Shown: positions 46,400 to 64,000 of the stretch, one piece after another | Layout of the letters: each line of letters opens with the position of its first letter | Position numbering within the stretch: position 1 is the first letter of the stretch | Assembly: GCF_016432865.1 (NCBI RefSeq) | Contig: NC_067398.1 | Span: 663,586,001 to 663,650,000, forward strand | Length of the DNA stretch: 64,000 nt | Direction of reading: 5' to 3' | Source of the DNA: Antechinus flavipes | Taxonomy: Eukaryota | The notes under the pieces: model-generated | Told to the model about the DNA's origin: nothing | Databases searched by the model: none | Seen by the model: the letters and a program-made list of their open reading frames with translations, nothing else | Translations under genes and position numbers: made by a program

Positions 46400-49300
46400 T
46401 CCATGTCATCTAGTTCACCCTGATGCTTTTTAGAAGAGGAAGCTGAGACTAAATTCACTTTTATAAAACACAATTCCGACAATATCAAATTCTAGTCTAC
46501 CTACTGAAGTCCAGATTCCTTATTCATTTTTTTAAGGACTTACATACTGAGACCTGACCTTTTACTTGTAACCCATACAATTGATACCAAGATTTGGAGA
46601 GCTACTGGCTGGCTCTTTATAGTGCCTGGTACGTTAGAGTCATAACTCAAAAATTCACTTCAAATGAAGGGGAGGGAAGAACTTTCTAACTTCAGGTACT
46701 CCCTCAGTACCATGGACAGGGTCCTGTTTAGGCAAGGCTCTAGCCATTTTACAACAATCTGGAGTCATGCAGTGATATGATGCTAGGGCCAAAGCTACAA
46801 GATCTGAAGAAATTCTTTCCCCACTATTGGATGTTCTATCCTGCTCTGAAAGTTTCTTTCTCAAGGGGAAGCCATGCACTTCAGCTCTGATCCTCCTTCC
46901 AGCCTCTTTCCTTTTGTCAAATAGGGGAAGTGAGGCTAGTCTCAGCTCTTATTTCCAACTTCAAGAAAAGGATCAAAGGAATATAGAGATATGTTTTTTG
47001 AGCTGATGTTGATTTTGAGCTGAAAGGAACTTCAGAGGCATTGAGTCCCCAAACCTCATCTTACAGATGAGGATACTGAGGACAAGAAAGTGAATTGATT
47101 GGTCACATAGCTATTGAAGTGTTTGGGGTAAAATCTGAACTTAGGCTTTCCTGATCCAAAGTTCAATACTCTATCCACTACTGGATCTGGGTCAATGCTG
47201 ATTTACTTTTTTGGGGGACAATTCACTCTCATTCAACTCACTTTCACCCAATAGGACAATCCCTCCTATTTCACATTCAGAGCACCCTCCCTCTTCCTAT
47301 ACCCAGGAAATTCTCAAGGATCTTGACTAGGATCTTCTAGGAGGTGAAGGATGGGGATTAATTATAATGTACCCCTATGTCCAGGTAAAATTCTGAAAGT
47401 TGATAATAAACAGGGAGAAATTCTCAGAAGAGAGTATTTAAGAGTTCCCAAGTGGGGCTAACAGTGACAATCAAAGAGGCTTCAATTATCTAACTACATG
47501 TATATCACTCTCTAATCTGCTTACCTCATCCACCCCAAAGTTGCTCTTGAGCTTTTGAAATTATGATTGAAATTATGACAGGAGGAATCCTTAGAAACAA
47601 GAATGTTAGAACTAGAAAGACTGTGAGAACTTAGAACTTAAAGCTAGGCTCTGAGAAGTCATCTAATTTAATACCATTCCCTTATTTGAAAGGAGGATTG
47701 TGATTTATCTAAGATTCAATGGCAGAGCAGAGACCAGAGTCCAGATCTCATGACTAATGCCTTTTTTTTCTTCATGATGAACTATTCTGATTCTTTAGAT
47801 ATTTAGGGCCAGGATACAATCCAGAGTGAGTTCCTAACTGAGATAGATAGTTTAGATAGCAGAAGTAGTTGTCCAGGGTGGCTAGTCCCTTTGTTAATTA
47901 ATGGATGCCAGAAAACAGGTTCCCTGGGGACAAGATATGGATAGGAGAAAATTACAACCCCTTTGTATTACCTGATGTTATGAATCAGGGGCAGTTCTCT
48001 TTGTTCTATGAGACATTTCTTTCTTTCGTCCTTCACAGAACCCTGAAATAGAGTAGAATCTTAGAATATTAGATTCATGGAATAGAACAATTCATTTGTT
48101 CTTCAGTAGATACTTACTAAGCCCTCCTCTATGTAGCTTGCTATGCTCATTATTGGAGCAGATACAAAGATGAGCAACAATAATAAAACATTTCTCTGGC
48201 TCTTTAAGCTTTACAAAATACTTTCTTTAAAATGATCCCATGGGGCAAGTAATTTGATCGTTAGAAGGAAACTAGGACCCAATGAGGACATAACTTGGCC
48301 AGGGTTGCAGTTGTTAGAGGGAAGCAGAACTGGGCTGGGAAGGCAGACTCTCTGATACCACGCTGAACTCTTTTCACTCTCCTCCCTAACCTTTAGGAAC
48401 TTATTGGGGAGGGATGAGTAGATGAAATGGAGAAGGTCCAGAGAAAGGGACTGATAATCTTGCCATACTCTACCTTGAGCAGACCATACTTGGAGACTAG
48501 CATTCAATAAATACAGCAACAATAATAATAGTTAACATTTATATGAAGTTTTAAGGTTAGCAAAGTGTGTTACATGTTACATCATTTGATACTTCACAAT
48601 AACTCTGCATGATAGGTGCCATTATTATCCCCATTTTTAAAGATAAGGAAACTGAGGCTGAGAGTATTTTTTTAAATTTTAATTTTTTTTCTTTCCCAGT
48701 ATCTCACAACTAGTAAATGTTTGAGGCAGGATTTGAATTTAGATCTTCTTGTCGAGCCACTGCACCATCCAGTACTATTTTTGGAGATACCCTGCAAATG
48801 GGTATGTAACCAGAAGCAGATGACTAGGACAGTTAGATAACAAGGGATTTTACTTAAATAAGGATTGGTTAAAGGAACTACAAATTTTTAGCTTGAATAA
48901 GAGACTAAGAGGTACCATGATAAATGTCTTCCAAGTATTTAAAAGCTTATTTTGTGGAAGAGAAATTAGACTCATTCTGTTTATTCCCAGAGGGCAGAAC
49001 TAAGAGCAATGGAGAGAAGTAGCCAAGAGGTGGATTTGGAGCTCTTTGTAAGGAAAATCTTGCTAACAGAAGTGTCCAAAAAAATGCAATGAGTAGCCTC
49101 AGGAAGCAATCTGTTCCCCTTCACTAGAGGTCTTCAGCTGGAGACTGATCTCTCACTGAAATTGTGTCGTAAGGGTTCAATATGGTTTGGATTGAGTGAC
49201 CTTAGAACATGAAACATTGGTGTTTAAAGAGACCTTAGAGACCAAATCAAATCAAGGGACTCTCAAACTCTTTAGTGTCATTTGTCCCCTTTAGCAATCC

Positions 49301-50710
49301 AGTGAAATCTATGTATCTCTTCTCAGAATAAGATTTTTTTAATGCATAAAATGAAATACATATAATTACAAGGGAAACAATTATATTGAAATCCAGTTAT
49401 TGAATTTTTTAAAAGTTCATGGATTCCAAGGCCAGAACCTCTTAATCCAACCACTTCATTTTAAAGATGAAGAAATTGAGACCCAGAAGTACAATGAAGC
49501 ACTGACCCAAAGTCACATGGGGAGTTAATGGGAGAGAATGAACAAGAATGCAACCTTCTTGATGCTCATCCTTATATTTTTTTCATTCTACCATCTTGTC
49601 TAAACCTTCTCTGGGATTAGGTATTTCTAAGTCTGAAGCAAAATTGATATCTCTAAGGTTCCCAATACACTTCTATAGTCCTTATTTATCCCATCCCCCA
49701 TTTACTCAGTGTCCCTCTTCCCAATCAACGTCTTTTTTGGCTCCATTCTCTATAAAGTCCTAATGAAGACCAAATGAATTCTACAGTCAGCTAAGGCTGG
49801 GGCTGGGACTGTAACTGGTACCAACCATATCTTCTCAAAGCACTTACTTCTAAAAACTAGGAACCTGGACGTGGGAAATCTTCAAGACTTAGAGACATAG
49901 TTGAGAGGGGATAGAAAAATGATCTTCTGGCTGGGGATAGAGTGCCATAACTTTCCTTGGAGCTCACCTCTCCTAGGAGCTCACCTCTCCTAAATATTAT
50001 TTATCTGAAGAGGGACTGTGTAGAGGGCAGTCATTCTTAAAAAAAAAGTTATGTTTATCTTTAGTTATTGCAGTGCCTAAAATTTCTCTTGTATCTCTCT
50101 TCCTCCTAGAAATCCATTTCCCTTAACAATCATTTTTGAGAAAAAAATTAGCCAAACCTGTTAATACATTTTTAAAAATCTGAAAACCTATGCTGTAGTT
50201 TAGACCTGTGGACCTCTTGCCCTCACCCCATCTTTTCAAAGGAATGAGGAAAGGAAACACATTCACTTTTAAAGCTGGACTGATTCATCATCTCAAAAGA
50301 ATAGCAAAAACTCTAGGGTGAACATTAACTTTAGGGTAGAAGATAGACCCTATCTATTACTCTAGGCATGTGGGGTCCAGGTTGGGGAGATTTCTTGTAA
50401 GTTTTCGGATTTGGGTCTGCAATCCATTCTTTGATATCCCTTGGACCCCAGAGAGCTTATATTGTGCCATCTGGAAGTTGGGCAGGGAAGATGGTATTGA
50501 ATGGCAAAGTCAAGAAAATAAAAAAAATAGATCCAGAGAGATAAAAGATAAAAGAAAAAGGACAGGAAAGAAAAGGTATTGAAACTATAACCAATACAGA
50601 AAGACTGAGACAGGGAAGAAAGCTAGACAGAAAGATCTGCCGGGGTGGGGGGTGGGAAGGGAGAGGAAGCGGGGAGAGAGATAGAAAGAAAGAGAGAAAC
50701 AGAGACAGAC

Positions 50711-50841
50711 NNNNNNNNNNNNNNNNNNNNNNNNNNNNNNNNNNNNNNNNNNNNNNNNNNNNNNNNNNNNNNNNNNNNNNNNNNNNNNNNNNNNNNNNNN
50801 NNNNNNNNNNNNNNNNNNNNNNNNNNNNNNNNNNNNNNNNN
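50711..50841. other. Assembly gap (131 N) after an AG-rich microsatellite
   Basis: Run of N. Confidence 0.99.
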
Positions 50842-51643
50842 ACAAGAATAGACAAGGTATTTGACATGACTAGGGATGGAAAGAGAAACATTGTGAGGCA
50901 GATTATGATTGTGGGGGGAAAGCAGAAATGGTGCTTTTCATTACTCTGGGGTATACATAGCACTGATCTTGGCCATACTTTCCAGAGCCAGCTTGCTTGG
51001 AGAACAATTTATTGAGACAAGGAGGTAGTAGATTGCCACTTTCTTCTTACAGGATAGTTGGGCATTTCATTGGACCTTGGGAGCCATTGTGTGTAAGTAG
51101 TCTGGGCCGGGGGGGTTCCTGTATGGGGACAAGAGAATGGTGCTGTGTCCTGTTTGGGAGGATATTGCTCTCTATATGGAGGGACTTAGGGGTCCCTGTA
51201 TGTGGAGAATGTGGGCTTCGGGAATCATTCTTGTGTTTTGTGTTCAGTTTCAGGGTGGAACTGAGCCTTGAGGATTTGGGGAATCATTCTTTGTGTTGTA
51301 TTGGGAAAGGGGAGAAGATAGACTTCAATGCATTGTAATATGAAATCTTTTCCATAAGGAGGAATAGGACAAAGTTGTCCAGCTGCTCTTGGGCTACATA
51401 GAGAGAGGAAGGTCACTTCCGGATATTATGAAAGGACACTGAGTCCCTAGGGCTGTATCCTAGCCCAAAAGAGTCCACTTGACCTCTACAGTTGGCCTTC
51501 TCCTGGTCTCATTTCACTAAAAGAAGGTTTGAATTCATCTTCCCCAGCCAACTCATTATTGAAAAGTTATTAACCAGGAAATGAGATGGAGAGAAAGCTC
51601 ATCTTCCCTCTTCTCTCCTCCTCCTTTTCATTCCAGGTTCGGG

Positions 51644-61305
<9,662 letters not shown>

Positions 61306-61529
61306 TGAAGAGACAACTTCTAGACATCTATTTTGGCTTCTTACAAAGCTGAGAAGGTTCCTGGGGCTATACTCCATTATATATTTGGCTGAAAGTTATG
61401 AATTTCTTCTCTGGATGAGCTCACGATTTTCGACCTGTTACCCTAATTCAAGACTGAATTATGTGATGCTGGTCACAATTTAGGACTGGACCAGAGAGTG
61501 CTGGTGGTTGGTCTTCTGACATCAAAGAC

Positions 61530-62020
61530 CATCAGTCAGTCACTCAACAAACATTTATTATGTAGCTACTTTGATGTGGTATTTCATCCTGAAGGTGATA
61601 GGGAACTACTGGAGTTTATTAAGTGGGCAAGTAGCATGGTTAGTCTTACAAAATCAGTTTGACAACTGTGTCTGGGATGAGGAGAATGTCTGGAGGCAGG
61701 CAGACCAGCAGGCTATTGCAATAGTCCAGAGGTGAGAAAACGAGAGTCTGCACCAAGGTAGTGGATGTTTCAAAGGAAAGAATGGGGTATAGATGAGAGA
61801 TGTTGTATAGGTACAATGTAAAGGCTTTGGCAAGACGTTGGATATAGGGAATGAAAGATAGAGAGCAGTTAGGGATGACACATAGATAGAGAGAACCTTA
61901 GGAACTGGAATAACAATGATAAAGAAGTTGGGGAGAAGTTGGAGGGAATAAAGATAATGAGTTGTGTTTTAGATATGATGATTTTAAGCTATCTACTGAA
62001 TAACCAGTTGGAAATGTCCA
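61530..62020 (-). mobile_element. L2 fragment in NCAN intron 6
   Basis: CAACAAACATTTATT terminus; GGCAGGCAGACCAGCAGGCTATTGCAATAGTCCAG. Confidence 0.7.
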
Positions 62021-63181
62021 AGACTGGAGGCTTGTCCATCTTGGGGAATGGGGGAAAGATTATAATTTCTTGTCTTTTGCCTCTCCCCCATAGATATTTC
62101 CAGCAGTGTCTGGGATAAAAGATAAGGATCAAGGAAACTGGGAAATGCATGTCCACACAAGTTTCTAAGCTTCTTTGATCCCTTGTCTTAGGGAGGGGAT
62201 GGATGGGGGAGGAAGAGAGTCTCTCAGGAGGCAGAAGGTCTTTTATTTCAGAATATGTCCTGTTACTAGTTCAGACCTCAATAATAATAATATAAACAGC
62301 ATTTACATAGAACTAGATAGATAAAGATTTGTGAAGTACTTAATATATATTATCTCATTGGTTCTTATAGTAATCTTGTGAGCGGCGATTAGCATCACCA
62401 TCTTACAGATAAAAAAACCATGAATGACATGTCTGTAATTTCCTGATGCAGAAAAGTTATTGAGAGACTCACAGGGTCATAGATTAGAGCTGGAAGAAAC
62501 CTTGGACCTCCCATATATCCCATATATATCTTGTGTGTACATAGTACATAGATATTGTCTCCCTAGTTAGACTGGGAACTCCTTGAAAGTTGTACCTCCA
62601 TTGTACTGCCTGGAACATAGGAAGAACCTAACAAATGTTTATTGATTGAGTGGAAGTCATCTGATACAATTTCCCCAATTTATAGTTAAGGAAACTGAGG
62701 CCCCTGGAGATTGTGACTTGTCCACATAGGTAATAAGAGTCAGAGATAAGATGGGGAAGTGAGTCTTTGTGTTTAGAGAAGGCAGACCTGGGACAGAGTG
62801 ATCACCCTTCAGATCAATGTGGCTAAAAGACACAGCTGGTTTGGGGGATTAATCACTCTTTTTCCCCCTCACCCCAACCCGGCCCTACTAGGCTTGATGA
62901 AAGTGTAATTAAGGTTTATAATATGCCTTGTCCTGATAAAAGACCTTCTGCCTCCTGAGAGACCCTCTTCCTCCCCCATCCATCCCCTCCCCTCATCTCC
63001 CAGCTGCCACCAAAAAAAGAGCCAGAGCAAGGAATCGCTGTGAAATGAGCCTGGGATAGAAGGGGGCCACAGGGCCTGGGGGAGAAGACATGCCATTATT
63101 TCCTCTAGCTGAGGAGAGAATGGGTACTAAATAATCTTCCAGGCTTTTCCCTGCACTGACTAGACTATAAAATCCCCCCAA

Positions 63182-63310
63182 AGCTCTGATATCCTTATTC
63201 TAAGGGCCTTCCCAGCCCTGACATCCTGTGTTCTAAAGACTCTTCCAGCTCTGATATTTTCTAGTCTAAGGACCTTTCCAGCTCCAACCTATACATTTTA
63301 AGAGTTCTCC
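63182..63310 (-). repeat. 32-33-bp tandem repeat x4, reverse complement of the 46301 unit
   Basis: Unit starts at 63182, 63214, 63247 and 63280. Confidence 0.75.
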
Positions 63311-64000
63311 TCATTGACCTTCCCTGACATTCCCTTCCATGGAATCCAGGCCCCAGGCTCCTTGATGTTCCCCTTCTTCTCCTTCCCCCTACTTTCACCT
63401 CTCAGCCGCCAGCAAGCACCGTCTGCACAGCTCATATTCCCTATTTTTGGCTGGAACAGAACATATTGGGACAGGATATATTTATCCCCATCCCCACTTG
63501 CCTTGGGGGGATCCATAGGTTCTGTTCCTCATTGGTTATTTGGGAAGGGATTATTTGGGCTGAAGAAAAAAACACTGTCTTGTCCCCACCTTGTCCTTTC
63601 CCCTATTGACCCCCCTCACACTTTATCCTGTCCCCCTCCCTCCTAATCCAGCCCAAGCTTTCATTCCTGCATTCCTAGTTTCTTCAAAGGGCACCAGCAT
63701 TAACCCAGTCAGTCATCCAAGATGGAATCAATCAGTGTTCCTTTGGACTACTCCCCCCCCCCATTCCCCATATCCAATCGGTCCCCAAACCTGTCAATTC
63801 TCTCTATAATATCATTTTCATCTATTCCTTTCTTTTCACCTCCTACCCTTAAGGAGTCTGCTTTTGTCCACTGCTAGGAAAAATCAGAGCTACATCTGTT
63901 AACTCAAAAACCAATTTTTCTTCACATATTTAGTGTGACAGCTAAGTGGCAAAGTGGATAGAACACTATGCTTGGAGTCAGAAAGACACATTCAAATCTA

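Noticed and set aside
49958-49992. Short direct duplications (GGAGCTCACCTCTCCTA x2; also ~128-155, ~53391-53463 and ~58450-58550)
   Set aside because: Ordinary slippage or microduplications; only two copies with no spacers, so not CRISPR-like or otherwise structured

Overview
Eukaryotic DNA from a marsupial, probably an Australian dasyurid-type genome. I infer this from WSINE1-, Mar1- and RTE-type repeats and marsupial L1 3' ends. The window matches the RFXANK-NR2C2AP-NCAN block known from human 19p13.11. It holds the complete NR2C2AP coding region (minus strand, 5 coding exons, 141 aa) and the 5' half of neurocan (NCAN, plus strand). The NCAN part covers the CpG-island promoter, a putative non-coding exon 1 and coding exons 2-6 (signal peptide, Ig domain, two link modules). 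A ~38 kb spacer of nested L1, L2, L3/CR1, RTE, MIR/CORE-SINE, LTR and DNA-transposon relics separates the two genes. There are two assembly gaps. Almost all entries in the six-frame ORF track are spurious; only fragments overlapping real exons are coding. I found no new protein-coding system. The best signals are in splicing and regulation: a U12-type AT-AC intron in NR2C2AP, a GC-AG intron in NCAN, an orphan CpG/CTCF element convergent with a CTCF motif in the NCAN promoter, a SINE-derived CTCF motif, a POU-dimer/E-box enhancer-like cluster in NCAN intron 1, and an L2 relic enriched in CpG inside a CpG island. Repeat family names come from recalled consensus sequences, and repeat boundaries are approximate unless a target-site duplication (TSD) is stated.
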